Positions 11,386 through 25,125 of a stretch of DNA of 64,000 bases are shown one piece after another. The stretch covers positions 62,604,311 through 62,668,310 of the forward strand of contig NC_057718.1 of assembly GCF_004010195.1 (NCBI RefSeq), written 5' to 3'. The notes under the pieces were generated by a model. The model did not search any database and was not told where the DNA came from. It worked only from the letters and a program-made list of their open reading frames with translations. A program made the translations under genes and the position numbers. The stretch's first letter is position 1, and each line of letters opens with the position of its first letter. Source of the DNA: Chiloscyllium plagiosum (taxonomy: Eukaryota).

Positions 11386-13289
11386 TGGCCTTAGAGGTGG
11401 GAAGTGTTCTCAAGTGGAAGATGTTTCTTAAAGGTGACAGGTTATGAAGGACAAAGAGAGAGAATTTATCTTTTGTTTTATATAGACACTTAGCACATCA
11501 TTTGTGCCTATGAAATGGGCCATTTTTGAACTGGGGCAGAGAAATTTAAGCATCGAGTTCTGGGAAAATGAGCATCATTTTCAGAATGAAAATATATTCA
11601 AGGATTTTGGAAAGAGATGATGAAAACAGATTTGAAGAAGATGAGGACGGTGCTTGTGGAGTAAGTACCATTAAAAGTATCAAGTAACATTAGAATCCCA
11701 AAAAGAATTTGGATCGTCAGCAGTTTTAGTGGGAATAGAGTGCAAAGAACAGGAAGTAAATCTATTGGACAAAGTGAACTCAGAGATGGAAAGGAAATAT
11801 GGTCATAGGAGATGGAAAAGAAATCATAAAAAAAACAAGTTCAGGGTAGAGCAGAAGGAAATGTATACAGGAAACTTGGCCTGATTCTTTTCCCAAAAAT
11901 ATACTCCATTCATAAAATTTGTAAAAGCATTGGGACTTGAAAATTAGAGTGCAATAACATGCAACATTTCTCCATATAATATTCCACTTTTACCGTGCTT
12001 CAGCATGTTTGTAACAGTCTTCATATTTAAAATATACATTTCATGCCAAGCATAGAACCCAGGGCAAAAACAATTTAAATTGAAAACTGTAGAAAATGCA
12101 GTAGAAATAAACTTTTCTTGATGGAACATGTTCCATGCTGAGTTGCATCAATAGCACTTAGTGCTTTTGATGTTCACAATGTATATCCTTGCCAGGAATG
12201 GAACCCTGGCAAGCCCTTCATGGCCAAGGGGAAGAGGGGTAAATAGGAAAGGCAGATAAACGAATGGATTGAATGTTGGTGCCAAAGAAATCCATAGTGT
12301 CATTACGCTTGTTTGGAGGCAAGGATAAATGAGACAGGGCAGAGGATTTAAGAAGATGGTTTGCAGTCTTGGAGAAGCCAGGGTTATAAGGAAGATAATC
12401 CAAGGATTGTTATCTGTTTTGGCAGGTATTAACAGAACCTGATGGTCTTTATGATCCAACCTGACTTGGTGTTGATTGACTAAACCGTTTTTGCATGTCT
12501 TTTCTAATCAATTTTACATTCAGTGGACTTAAGGCGTTGGGGATGAGGCCCATATTTGGGAACTGGGGTCATGGGGGAGGTTTTTGTGTGTGAACCCTGA
12601 AGGTGGAAGGGGGGAAATTGTGGCTCATAGATCAACAGCTTTGGGGACATGTAACGTGGAAAAATGAAATGGCTTGCAAATTAAAGTGATGGACTCAGAC
12701 CCAAAGTGGTTTCCAAAATGCGCACACAAATGGGCACAGACAAATTATATGTGCTTGGTTAGATAGCAATTATTGGAATGCCTGTGCCCTATGTATACCT
12801 AAAGTGGGCATGAGAGAAACAATTTTCGTTCCTGTTATCTGAAATCAAGAGGCAAGGTAAAATTCCTGACATTGAATTACTTGAAGTTAAATGCCAAGTC
12901 AACAAATGCTACTCTCACGAGGGTGTGTGGCTTGGTCACCAACTTCTGGTGTAGGGGGGACATAAACAAATAATTTCTTATATGGATGACTTTTGGATAC
13001 TTCAAGACTACTACGATCATTTGTGCTCAAGTTAAAGAAAATGTTTCCAAAGAACTTGAAAACTTCGATAGTGCAGGCTGTGTTGAAGGATTACATTGCA
13101 TCTTGGAGACCCAAGGAGGTTAAAGGCAAAAATAGAAAACAAATTCAGGGATCGATGCTAAATGATCCCATGATTTATACCTGCACCACTAATAGTAATA
13201 ATTGTTGTTCAAGAATTGAATTCTTAAATCACTCATGATGCAGAATGGCAAAGTAAGTGAAATATTTTGATTTCTGCATCATTCATTGA

Positions 13290-13725
13290 GACAGTGAGCC
13301 AAGAGAAGCAAACATAGAACTGAAAAGCAGAGATATTTGTTTAAAATTGTATAGAATCTTAGTTAGGCTTGTTGTTCTTGTCTTCAGATTATGGAAAGGC
13401 TTTGAAACGCTGGAGGCAGTGCAAAAGGCAGGGATGCCACCAGAACTGTAAACATGTATCGAGCAAGAGAAATTCAACAGGGTTGGTACCTCTCTGTAGA
13501 AAAGACTGACTGGTGACAAGGTATTTAAGATTATGAAAGGTTTTAATACGGTAGATGTAAAGGTGCTGTTTTCACTAATGGGGGAGACCAGAACTAAAGA
13601 CCATATATATAACAGTCACTAATAAATCCAAAGAAAAGTTAAGGAGAATTGTTTTAATCCACATAATAGTTAGAATGTGAAATGTACTATAGAATAGCCG
13701 AGGCCAAATACATTTAAGGGGAAGC
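13290..13725 (+). mobile_element. Decayed CR1 3' fragment
   Basis: ctggaggcagtgcaaaag..., ttttaatccacataatagttagaatgtg (FFTQRVVR-like region). Confidence 0.65.
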
Positions 13726-13870
13726 TAAATGTTCTGCTTATTACTGATATTTCTTTGCCAACTGTCCACTGCGGATGCCATTTCCTTAGCACTGCATTCA
13801 TCCCTGGAACATCTGGACAACAAGGACACCCACATCAGACTCCTGCTCATTGAGTACAGCTCCACCTTCA

Positions 13871-14863
13871 GAGGGTCAGCATGGATACCACCATTACACG
13901 TGGGGTCACCACCCACTATGTACGCAGCAGGTATTCATGTAACGCAGCCAACATTGTCTATAATGCGCTGCAGGCAAAGACACCCTGAGGTATGGTACAT
14001 GGGTGAGACCAAGCAGAGGCTACAACAATGGATGAATGGACAGCGCACAACAATCAACAGGCAGGAATGTTCCCTCCCAGTCCGAAAACACTTCAGTGGT
14101 CTGGGACATTCGACCTCAGACCTTCAGGTGACCATCCTCCAAGGCAGACTTCGGGACAGGTAACAATGCAAAGTGGCTGAGCAGAGACTGATAGCCAAAT
14201 TCGAAACTTATGGGAGTGGCCTCAACCGGGACCTTGGGTTCATGTAACACTACAGGTGACCCCACTGCATTGCACACACGCACATACACACACACCCCTT
14301 TACACTCACACATACATAGACACACACACTCTGACAGACTCACACACACAATTTTGTGGAGTGAATCTGTACTTGCAGAATTACATTTTATTTTGCTCTA
14401 AAACTGCATGAATCCATGTAAGATTCTGTAAATCCCTTTTTTAGAAATCTTTTAGAATCAGTCTGAACTTTGGGGCACAGATAGCCTCACACAGGGCACC
14501 TCACACCTTCAATGCATTTTCTGGGCCAACATAGCACCTATTGTTAAAGTTCACTTAAGAATGTAATTTTAAAAAAAGGATTCTGGGATTTACTTATGAA
14601 AGAACCAAAACTAACATGGTCATTTTAAAAGATGCGAGACTTTACAACAATGCAGGTCTTTTTCAATATATAATTTCAGTTGCATCACACTGTAAACATT
14701 TGCTATAAATTCTGTGTCTTACGATTTTATACTCCACAACTACCTGATGAAGGAGCAACGCTCCAAAAGCTAGTGCTTCCAAATAAACCTGTTGGACTAT
14801 AACCTGGTGTTGTGTGATTTTTAACTTTGTACACCCCAGTCCAACACCGGCATCTCCAAATCA
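13871..14863 (+). mobile_element. Penelope-like element 3' part (GIY-YIG endonuclease plus pLTR with hammerhead)
   Basis: [27 protein letters not shown] is GIY-YIG-like; CA-rich spacer; hammerhead-like motif at 14744-14772. Confidence 0.85.
14744..14772 (+). ncRNA. Hammerhead core variant (AGCU stem III) with G12>A substitution
   Basis: CUGAUGA-A-GGAGC-AAC-GCUCC-AAAA-GCUA. GAAA has become AAAA, consistent with CpG decay; probably inactive. Confidence 0.65.
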
Positions 14864-16619
14864 CCCCTCCAGACTGATCTCATAACTCCGTGACTGGTAA
14901 CTGCGTCTTCTCCACAATAACATTCAACACTGGACCCCCCCCCCCCCAAGGATGCATCTTCAATCCCCTACTGTTCTCCCTGTACACGCACGACTGTGTT
15001 GCCAAATTCCGAATGAGCGGCATCTATAAGTTCACTGACAACATCACTGTAGCTGGACAGTTCTCTAACAACAACAAGTACAGAAGGGAAATATAGAGGG
15101 TTTGGTGACATGCAATGAGAACAACCTCTCTCTCAACGTCGGCAGAACTAAAGACTTTAGTAAGAACGGAAGATAACATGCACCCATCTACATCAACGAA
15201 ATAGACGATGTGCATGTGTGGAGAACCTCCAGTTCCGTGGAGTGACAATAACTGACAACTTATCCTAGATTTCCCATGTAGTTGCAACGGTCAAGAAGAC
15301 ACAACAATGTCTCTTCTTCCTCGGACAGCTCAGGAAATTTGGCATGTCCATAAGGACCTTCACCAACTTCTCCAGATGCACCATTGAAAGCATATTATCC
15401 AGGTGCATAATGGCCTGGTATGGCACTTGCTCTGCCCAAAACTATAAGAAACTACGAAGGTAGTGTGCGCAGCCCGGGCCATCACAGGAGCCAACCTTCC
15501 ATCCAAGGACTCCGTTTACATGGCCCGCTGCCACAGAAAGGCTGCCAACAAAGACTCTTTGAGCCCTGTTAATGTAATGCTTCATCCTCTTCTATCAGGC
15601 AGAACATACAGGAGCCTGAACAAACGCACCAGTAGGTTTTTCCCAACCATTATTAGACTATTGAATGAATTCTCTAGCCTAAAATAATGCTTATCTTGCT
15701 AACGTTGATCTCTCTTGTACATCCTGTGGAATGTTACCTGTATGCCTATGTCTAAATCTTTTGTTCTATACATCTATGATCTGCCTGTACTGCTCATAAA
15801 CAAAGGTTTTCACTGTACTTAGTACACATGACCGTAAATAAATCAATCAAAGTGAAATATCAGTAATTGGATAGATAATCAGAGGCCATATCAGGATCAC
15901 CAATGTACAAGCCTCCTTGCACAGAATACCACAAGTAAGAGACAGAGGTGATCAGGCTCTTGTCCAGAGAATACTTCTGTTTTATCAGTTCCTGAACTAG
16001 GGTCCTATGGTCAAAAGTTGATCCTGGGTTCTCACTGTTTTCTCTGACACCCAAATCAGGGTTGTCCTTCTTATAGTTGTTGCTGCTGGATTTTCTCAAT
16101 CACTGTGCGAGTTCATTCCTCTTTTATATCATCAGACTCTTCTTTCATATACCTGACGTGTCTCTGGTCACATGCTTTTTACCTAATTAACTCTAGATGA
16201 TTTGGTCAAGCTATTATTGATCTAATCAGTTACCTGTGGAGCATTGTGTTAGATTATCTTGTATGGTTGTAACTATAATATTGTTTTCTGTTTTTTGTCT
16301 GCGTGACAGTCCGTTATGCTAGTCTATTACCTTTAAACTATTGCTACCCCTACTGCGTGCTGGTTAATTTGGTCAAGTTAGAGCTATATTTACTTATTAG
16401 TACCCTTCTGCTCGATAAAGACTTTGGAGAAAAAGGAACAGAAATATCTATCAGTGACGCTTTATGAAAAGTGTGGAAGGTGGTGCAAATGGAGTGTAAA
16501 AGCTAGTATGGTCCTGATGGATCTAAAGGCCTGTTTCTGGCTTGTAATAAAATATAAATGCAATAACGAAGTAAGTACATTATCTCTTCATTACTTTAAA
16601 ATATATTTCATCTTTACAG

Positions 16620-16711
16620 TTTGCTGGTGGCATTTACTGCAAGTTGGAGTCCCAGCTTAAAGCCTGTCCACCAACATCATCTCGTCAGAATAATTCATCA
16701 CAAAATGCGAG
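16620..16711 (+). CDS. Penultimate coding exon of gene A (phase 0 to 2): FAGGIYCKLESQLKACPPTSSRQNNSSQNA
   Basis: Acceptor atttcatctttacag|, donor GAG|gtaaac, 92 nt; phases match both neighbours. Confidence 0.7.
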
Positions 16712-16959
16712 GTAAACTTGATTTCAAGTTATGTGGTTTAAATGAAGATTGCACATGGTACTTATTACTTAAAAATCTTTTAACTATGGCCTTCTAAAGA
16801 CCCATTTTTGAAGCTGCACAACATTGTTTGCTGAGTTGAAACACAGACACACACACACACACACAAATGCATAATGAAGCACTTGAACAGTACAGGACAT
16901 CTGTAATCATAATATGTTGCATGTAAAATGCATGCACTGTCCAACTGGGAAATCATGTT

Positions 16960-17885
16960 TCACTTGATTGAGTTTTTGAAGAAGATTGTTGAGGGCAGAG
17001 TAGTAGATGTGATCTATATGGACTTCATTAAGGCGTTCGACAAGATTCCCCATGGGAGACTGATTAGCAAGTTTAGATCTCATGGAATACAGGGAGAACT
17101 AGCCATTTGGATACAGAACTGGCTGAAAGGTAGAACTCAGAGGGTGGTGGTGGAGGGTTGTTTTTCAGACTGGAGACCTGTGACCAGTGGAGTGCCACAA
17201 GGATCGGTGCTGGGCCCTCTACATTTTGTCATTTACATAAATGATTTGGATGCGAGCATAAGAGGTACAGTTAGTAAGTTTGCAGATGACACCAAAATTG
17301 GAGGTGTAGTGGACAGNNNNNNNNNNNNNNNNNNNNNNNNNNNNNNNNNNNNNNNNNNNNNNNNNNNNNNNNNNNNNNNNNNNNNNNNNNNNNNNNNNNN
17401 NNNNNNNNNNNNNNNNNNNNNNNNNNNNNNNNNNNNNNNNNNNNNNNNNNNNNNNNNNNNNNNNNNNNNNNNNNNNNNNNNNNNNNNNNNNNNNNNNNNN
17501 NNNNNNNNNNNNNNNNNNNNNNNNNNNNNNNNNNNNNNNNNNNNNNNNNNNNNNNNNNNNNNNNNNNNNNNNNNNNNNNNGGGAGTCCAGAACTAGAGGG
17601 CATAGGTTTAGGGTGAGAGGGGAAAGATATAAAAGAGACCTAAGGGGCAACTTTTTCACGCAGAGGGTGGTACGTGTATGGAATGAGCTGCCAGAGGATG
17701 TGGTGGAGGCTGGTACAATTGCAACATTTAAGAGGCATTTGGATGGGTAGATGAATAGAAAGGGTTTGGAGGGATATGGGCTGGGTGCTGGCAGGTGGGA
17801 CTAGATTGGGTTGGGATATCTGGTCGGCACAGACGGGTTGGACCGAAGGGTCTGTTTCCATGCTGTACATCTCTATGACTCTATA
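16960..17885 (+). mobile_element. Young CR1/HER1-type LINE, 5'-truncated, spanning an assembly gap
   Basis: [13 protein letters not shown]...[11 protein letters not shown]...FADDTK; (ctctatga)n tail. Confidence 0.92.
17317..17580. other. Assembly gap (264 N)
   Basis: Run of N. Confidence 1.
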
Positions 17886-20353
17886 ACTGTATTGATTACA
17901 AATCCTGGTCACAAGCAATCTTGGTTATTTTATTAATCATTGCAAATGGATAATAGTCACATCTGTGAAGTAGAAGTAATCACAGGCAATCTTAAAAGTG
18001 AAACCTGCAGACCAGTATTCACAAAAACAATTTAAAATCTCGTTGACTACACAAGGGCACAGAGCAGATTTTATTTCACCGGGATCTTTCAATATCATTC
18101 AAATGTGTGCCACGTAATCTTTGTATGCTGCTCAGTGCACAACTGGAGCAAGCAATGATGAATGCTGAAGAGCTAGGAGAGTTGCAGCGGTCTTCTGGGG
18201 TATAAGATTAAGTCTTTGAGCAGGAGGAGCCTCATCTTCTGCATGATAGACCACTTCTGCATCTGGTGTAACAAGCCAGACAGGACTCACTTGACACTTA
18301 ATAACTGGGTGCAGTGATCACTCTTTCACTGAAATTTGTTGTTGATCAAAAAGCATTCAGACCCTGATGGTTCACAGAAGCAAATGTGGTTTTCCTTTGT
18401 TTTCTTTGAGAACAATGAAGATGTTATGCTACACTGGGCATTAGAGAAACTCCCTTACGATTTTAAAATGGGATGCTGCTAAGGTTCAGTAACTTCTGTA
18501 GCTTAGAATGATTGTCACAGAAGCAGATGGCGATGTACAATAGCAATGCATTTAAATGTGCAGTTGTATTTGCATTGCACTGTCAGCTGTTCCACGTATT
18601 TGCCCTCATTTACCTTCCTTTCCCTTCCCTTACCTTCCACTACATTCACTGTGAAGAGCATCTCCTGTCAGGTAGTGATTGACCTGATTCATGTTGGGTT
18701 TTAAAAATGGCCAGGAATCTCAGGAGATCCCAAAAGTGGCAAGTACTTCTGTCATTGCTGAGCAGAGAATAATGCAAGGAATGGACCACCTGATGTGATT
18801 GTAATTTCAGAAGTGCAGGTAACCTGCAAAAGGGCAATTAGCATAAGATGTGGAATATATAACATTTCAAAAGCAATATTTCCCAAAACAATTTCAAACT
18901 AGACTATGAACAGCAGAGGTCCCAGCACTGATCCCTGTGAACACCGCTAATCACAATTCTCCACTCCGAAAAGCATCCTTCCACTGCTACCCTCTGTCTC
19001 CTATGACTGAACCGATTTTGTATCCATCTTGCCAGCACACCCCGTTGCAGGCTCTATTATTAATAAGTCCATTTGCTTCTAAATGTGTATAGATTTTGTC
19101 CCTGAGAATCTTCCAATAATTTCCCTACCACCAGTATGAAGCTCATAAGCCTGTAATTTCCAGGATTATCCCTGTTACTGTTAAACAATGAAACAACATT
19201 GACTCTTCCCCAGTCCTCTAGGACCTCACCTGTAGCCAAAGAGGACACAAAGATGCCTGTCAATATTCCAGCAATTTGTTCTCTTGTCTCCCTCAATATT
19301 CTGGGATAGATGCTATCTGAACTCAGGGATACACAACACCTCTTCCCTTTTAATAGCAACCTGGCTTAGAAATTCGACACTCCTTTCCCTGAAATGATCT
19401 CCACCAATTCCTTCTGTTTGATGAATACTGACACAGTATTCGTTTAGAACCTCACCTATGTCTTCTGGTTCCACACATAGATTTCCTCCTTTGTCCTTGA
19501 GTGGGCCAACCCTTTCCTTGGTGACCCTTGTGCTTTTTATGTATGTATGAAAAGACTTAGGATTCTCCTTAATCCTGTTTGCTAATGATTTTTCATGACC
19601 TGTTTTAGCCCTTCTAATACCTTGTTCAAGTTATTTCCTACTTTCCTTATATACTTCAAGAGCTTCATCCTCCTAGACCTCACGTATGCTTCCCTTTTCT
19701 TTTTGACCAAAGTCATAACATCCCTGGTCATCCAAGATTGATGTAGCTTGCCATACCTATCCTTAATTCTTGCAGGAACGAGCTGCTCCTGAACTCAATT
19801 ACCATTTGAAATATCTCCACATGTCCGATGTGGATCTACCCTCAACCAGCTGTCTCCAATTTCTGCCTAACATTGTTGTAGTTCACCTTCCCCAATTTAA
19901 CATCATCACCCAAGGAATGCTGATATCTCTATTCGTGTGTCTCTTAAAACTCACGTTGTTATGGTCACTAATCCCAAAATGCTCCCCCACTGATACTTCA
20001 CTCACTAATTGGCCAACTTATTTCCCAAAACCAGGTCCAGTATAAGCCCTTTCCCGGTTGTACCATTTATGTACTGTGTCAAGAAATCTTCCTGAATGCT
20101 GCTGCATCCAAACCCCTAGCATGTAGTAAGTCCCAAAGGCCCAGTCAATATTGGGAAAGTTAATATCACCATCACAACAGCTCTGCTGTTTTTAGATATT
20201 TCCAAAATCTGTCCACATATTCTCTCCTCTAAATCCTGATGGCTGTTGGGAGGCCTGTAGTGTACCCCCAGCATTGTGATTTCATCTTTCCTATTCCTAT
20301 GTCTTGCTACACAAGTCCTCTGATGTGTTCTCTCTCAGTATGATTGTGAAATA

Positions 20354-20540
20354 GGTAAAAACAATGACTGCAGATGCTGGAAACCAGATTTTGGATTAGT
20401 GGTGCTGGAACAGCACAGCAGTTCAGGCAGCATCCGAAGAGCAGCAAATTCCTGATGAAGGGCTTTTGCCCGAAATGTCGATTTTGCTGCTCCTCGGATG
20501 CTGCCTGAACTGCTGTGCTCTTCCAGCACCACTAATCCAA
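20354..20540 (+). mobile_element. Palindromic Penelope-derived mini-element with central hammerhead
   Basis: Arms about 20391-20449 and 20481-20540; TSD tgtgaaata at 20345-20353/20545-20553. Confidence 0.9.
20452..20479 (+). ncRNA. Minimal hammerhead ribozyme core closed by a long stem I
   Basis: CUGAUGA-A-GGGC-UUUU-GCCC-GAAA-UGUC; the flanks gcagcaaattc/gattttgctgc pair directly next to the core. Confidence 0.8.
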
Positions 20541-21559
20541 TAACTGTGAAATACTCCTTCACCAGTAATGCAAGTCCTCACACCCTTTACATCCCTTTCT
20601 ATCACACCTGAAACATCTAAATCCTGTCCCTCTTTCAGCCATCTCCTTAATCGCAATAACGTCATAGTTGTAATTACTAACCAAAGCTCTGAGTTAATCT
20701 ACCTTTGCCTATTATACTACTTGCATTGAAACACATGCAGTTCAGACCACCTCTCCTGCTCTTTTCAGCAGCGTTTCCCTGCCTGTTTTTGTTCTTAATT
20801 ACATTTGCCTTGGTTTCTATCTCTCCCTCAATTTTGACATCTTCTGCCCTACCCCTCTGGTTCCCATCCCCCGCCACACTAGTTTAAACCATTCCAACCA
20901 CTCTACCATATACCCCCACCTCTGCCAGAACCGGTCCCATTGCCCCATGAATCTGAAACCCTCCTCCTCACATCATCTTTTTAGCCACGTGTTCATCCTA
21001 TATATCCTGCTGTTTCTACTCTGATTAGCTTGTGGCACTGGTAGTAGTCCTGTGATAACTATCTTAAGGGCATACATTTCAACTTTCTTCCTAATTCTCT
21101 ATATTCAGCGTTTAGATTTCATGCTTTTTTAACCTATGTCGTTAGTACTAACGTGTACCATGACCACTAACTGTTTGCCCTTCCTCTCCAGAATGTCCTG
21201 CACCTATCACTAGGAAGGCAGCTCACCATCCTGGACTCTCATTTGAAGCTACAGAAATGCCTATCTATTTCCCTTATGATTGAACCCCCTATAGCTAAAA
21301 CATTTCTATGCCTATTTCTCCCTCCCTGTGCAGCAGAGCCAACCATGGAACCATGAATTTGCTGCTCTTGTTATCCCCTGAGAGACCATTCCCCTCAACA
21401 GTATCCAAAACGGTGTATCTATTTTGCAGGGGAATAGCCACAGAAGATTCCAGCACTGCCTGCTAAGCCCTCCCACTCAGCCTGGTGGTCACACATTCCC
21501 TTTCTACCTGTGGAGTCTGAGACTGTGGCATGGCCACCTCTCTATGCATGCTGTCTATT

Positions 21560-24500
21560 GGTGTTCCTGATGCCCATTTCACTGCTGGCATCCCCCAAGG
21601 TTCAAGAAGATCAGATTTAACCTGGTGTGGAGCCTTCTTCCCATTAGCAACTCTGCTGCAGCTATCCCTGTGGTTGTATGAGGGGTGGTCTGATAATCAA
21701 ATAAGAACTGTGAGAGTCCACCCCCCCCCCCCCCCCAAAAAAACACCAATTCCCCTCCCTCCATATTTGATGAATAAACTGTATGCACATCCAAGTATTT
21801 TGAGTGGGCACCACAATGACTGAGAACATTAAGCCCATGAAAAGGGTCAGCATGGTTGACATGTAACTGAATGCAGGATTTACCCAGTCATTCCCACAAA
21901 TGTGGGGAGCTGCTGATGGTAATTTTTTCCCTTGGTGACACTCTGGGCAATGCCCCCACCAACATGGCTATGTCTGCATCCAACCCTGGCCACCAAACAT
22001 AGCTTCCCACCAACATCTTCATTTTGGATATTCCTGGATGACCTTGATGGAGTATCTGGCAGCAACCTTTGCTCGAAACAATCATTCTTGCTCCCTTTAA
22101 TAAATTGCAATCCTTTACAGTGATCTGGTCTCACGGGATCTAGAAACATTTCGGTTCTGGTTATGATGGCTGTTTCATTTTCCCCATCACTACCAGCTGA
22201 TTACCAGGATAAGATCTTTTTGTGTCCACAGTCTGATATTGTTTGTGGTGACCAGAAGGGTGTCCAGAAAGTTGGAAACAAAAACAGACTCTTCCAATAG
22301 CTGCATGATTGGTGGTGTATCTGCCAGTGGGAGATCACTCAAGGCTTCTGCATTTGCTACTTGGGTGGTATGGCCTTGTCATCTTTGAGTTGTCTGAGTA
22401 AGGGTTTACAGTCTGTTATTATTACAAATTTATGTCTATAACGGTATTGCTGGAACTGTCTCGCACTAAAGATGACTGCCAAACCTTCCTTCTCGTTTGG
22501 GCATATTTGCGCTCTGTATCAGCCAAAATCCAAGAAGTGTATGAAATTGGGTGTTCTTCTCCATTCGGCCATCTGTGAGCCAACATTACCCTGATACCGT
22601 GTGGGGAGGCATCAGTGGTCAGCACCAGATCTCGCTTGGGCTCATAGTGTACCAACACCTTTGACAGTGATAGCTGCTTCTTCACTTCCCTAAAGGAAGA
22701 CTTGTCTCCAAGGTTGTCCCTTTGTCAATAACAGATTTAAGAGTGCCAGGGTAGAGGCCATGTTACAAATGAACTTTCCATTATAATTTACCAATCCAAG
22801 GAAAGACCTAACCTCTGTTACAGACTTGGGAGTCAGGGCACCTTTGATCACCCTCATTTTGTCTTCCAACAGGTATAACCCAGTCTTGTCAACGCTGTAG
22901 TTCAAGTAGGTCACTTGAGGATCCTGAATATACATTTTTCCCTTTTAAGGTGTACACCCACCTTGGAAAAGTGTCTAAGGACTACATCTAAGTTTTGTAA
23001 ATGCTGTTTATTGGTCTTCCCTGTTATTAGCACATCATCCAGATACATGGCAACTTGGGGTAGACCTTATAAAACATTCTCCGTAATCCACTGAAAAATG
23101 GCACAGGCTGATGATACCCCAAATGGCAGTCTCATATATTGGTACAAATCTTTATGGATGTTAATTATAGCATACATCTGGGAAATCTTATCTAACTGCA
23201 GTTACAGGCATGCATGACTCATGGCCAGCATTGTGAGGGAAACCAGCTTTGCTTGTATGTCATCCATGCGAGGAATTGAGTATTTATTCAGCTGCAAGAA
23301 GCGGTTTGCTATTTTCTTTAAAATCCCCACAAAGATGGATTAACCTGTCAGTCTTCACAATTGGTACGGTTGGTGCTGCCCATTCCACAAACCGTACTGG
23401 TTTCATTATTCCTTTCCTTTCCAGCCTCCTGATTTCTGCCTCTACTTTTGCACATAATGGTGCTAGGTAGGCCTTGCAAAATCATGGAATTCCTTCTGGG
23501 TTAACATGCACAGTGGTTTTAGCTCCTACCTTCCTAAAAAACTTCCGTGGATTTAAATAGGGTTTCACTCTAGTTGAAAATGTTGAGCCAATCTAGGTGA
23601 ATCTTCCTCAACCAATTTCACCCTATCAAACTTGGACCCAAACCTTTTACTACAAGCAGGGGTAACTGAACCAGCTGCTTTTCAAGAAACCGGAACTGAA
23701 GTTATATCCCCAACGTAGATTCTCTGTCTAGCCGAGGTCTTATGCAAACTTAAGGGTTGGAGTCCAGAGCAAAATTTGTTAAAAACTGGTTCTGCAATGA
23801 GTGATACAGCCTTGCCAATTCCATTAGAACCGGGTGACCATTTAACCAGACATTTATTTTGATTGGTCCTGATTTGGATATTGCTAAGCAATTTAACTGT
23901 TCCAAACCAGATGTAGGTGTGCTTTCCTACTTTCTCCTGGATACCAGCCAATGTATTCTTCTACTCCATTCAGGCCTAATAGGGTTGTTTTGTTGTTTTA
24001 AGTCAGCAATTACAATGACTTTCCAGCCCAGGTCCTGGAGGAAATATTAACCATTTGGCTGGGGCTAGGGATTTTACTGTGCGCAGAGCTAGAGTCCCTC
24101 CATTCAGGATAAGCACGGAGTGAGGCTATGTAATTGCCTTCACTCAAGTGGTGTCCCCCAAGGTCAGTTGGCCTGGTGAGGGTATGCACATCCATCGACA
24201 TACTCTGTAACCCATAGGCTCCACTTGCTGCATTTTCTCATGACAAAGCCAGTTGTAAGTGCCTGTTTGAAGTCCAATTGGGCTTCTGCTACCACCTGCT
24301 TTTGCATGGCTACATCATTAATCCCACATGCCAAATGGTCTCTTAGCATCTCATTAAAGGTTAAACCAAAGTCACATGCCTCTGCCAGTCATCTAAACCT
24401 CATCAAAAACCCCAACATTTCTCTGGTTCTTGAACTGCCCAGTAAAATTGATACCATCTCAGAATTAGAGAAGGCTTGGGGTCAGAATATTACTTCAGTA

Positions 24501-24760
24501 AATTTGTCACCTCTTGAAAGGATTTAGTAACTAGTGCCTCAGGAAACATTAGACTCCAAATAACTGAAAAAGGTGTGGATCCACAAGCTGTCGGGTGAAT
24601 TATTCGTTGGTTTACATCTACCCCAATGTCATTTGCCTGGAAAAAATACTGCATCCTTTCCACATACTAGGCCCAGTATTCAGCAGGATCAAACAAGTCA
24701 CAGTTCCCAAATAACAACATGATGCCAGAAATGCTAACCCCAACTCAAAGACGACCGTTG
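21560..24760 (-). mobile_element. Decayed Ty3/Gypsy retrotransposon internal region (gag-PR-RT-RH-IN)
   Basis: Gag start ...W.QYVERMQYFFQANDI-like (about 24620-24720), YLDD at about 23035-23047, RSFLGLVNY, LTTDASPHGI, LHQGHPGISKMK, TTPHTTTGIAAAELLMGR. Many stops and frameshifts. Confidence 0.92.
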
Positions 24761-24764
24761 CAAG

Positions 24765-25077
24765 TGTTGTAGTAACATTAATAAAACTTAAATTTAGAAG
24801 CAAGTCAATCAAATTTATTAAATCAAAAGCTTTTGGGAGGGGCAATGTGATTCTGACCCTAACCGTGGGACTTGACCACGCCGTCTCTCCCAGAACAACA
24901 GATACAGCAGTTTTATTGTCTGGATGACATGTACAAAAAAAGCCCACAAAGGATGGTTTCTTGTGTTCTGTGCATGCGCACGCAGCGATTGCTGTTTCCG
25001 GGAATGGCATACACGTCATTGTGTTCTGCAAGTATTTCTTGTTTAGTTATTTATTCTTTAATTAGTTTCTGTTTTCA
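24765..25077 (-). mobile_element. Putative ERV 3' LTR (313 bp) preceded by a polypurine tract
   Basis: Minus strand: aaagagggac|TGAAAACAG...AATAAA (24814-24819)...ttactacaaCA, directly downstream of env. Confidence 0.7.
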
Positions 25078-25125
25078 GTCCCTCTTTGTGATCTGAGACA
25101 TGTGGGAACAGAATGAACAGACCAC

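Larger units (their letters stand above)
13747..15850 (+). mobile_element. Rex1/Babar-type LINE fragment, split by a Penelope insertion
   Basis: [35 protein letters not shown], then NTG..PQGCIFNPLLFSLYTHDC...YKFTD; aataaatcaatcaa tail. Confidence 0.85.
18900..21560 (-). mobile_element. Decayed CR1 LINE including ORF1/endonuclease region
   Basis: IYPRILRETREQIA...NPGNYR (19060-19359), LNCMCFNASSI (start of APE domain, about 20720), ORF1-like remnant near 21300-21430. Confidence 0.85.

Noticed and set aside
15860..16420. Possible solo LTR
   Set aside because: TATA-like and internal repeats are present, but I could not define TG...CA ends or a TSD.
16928..17659. Long ORFs of 110-222 aa
   Set aside because: Lengths are inflated by the N gap; the real part is CR1 RT.
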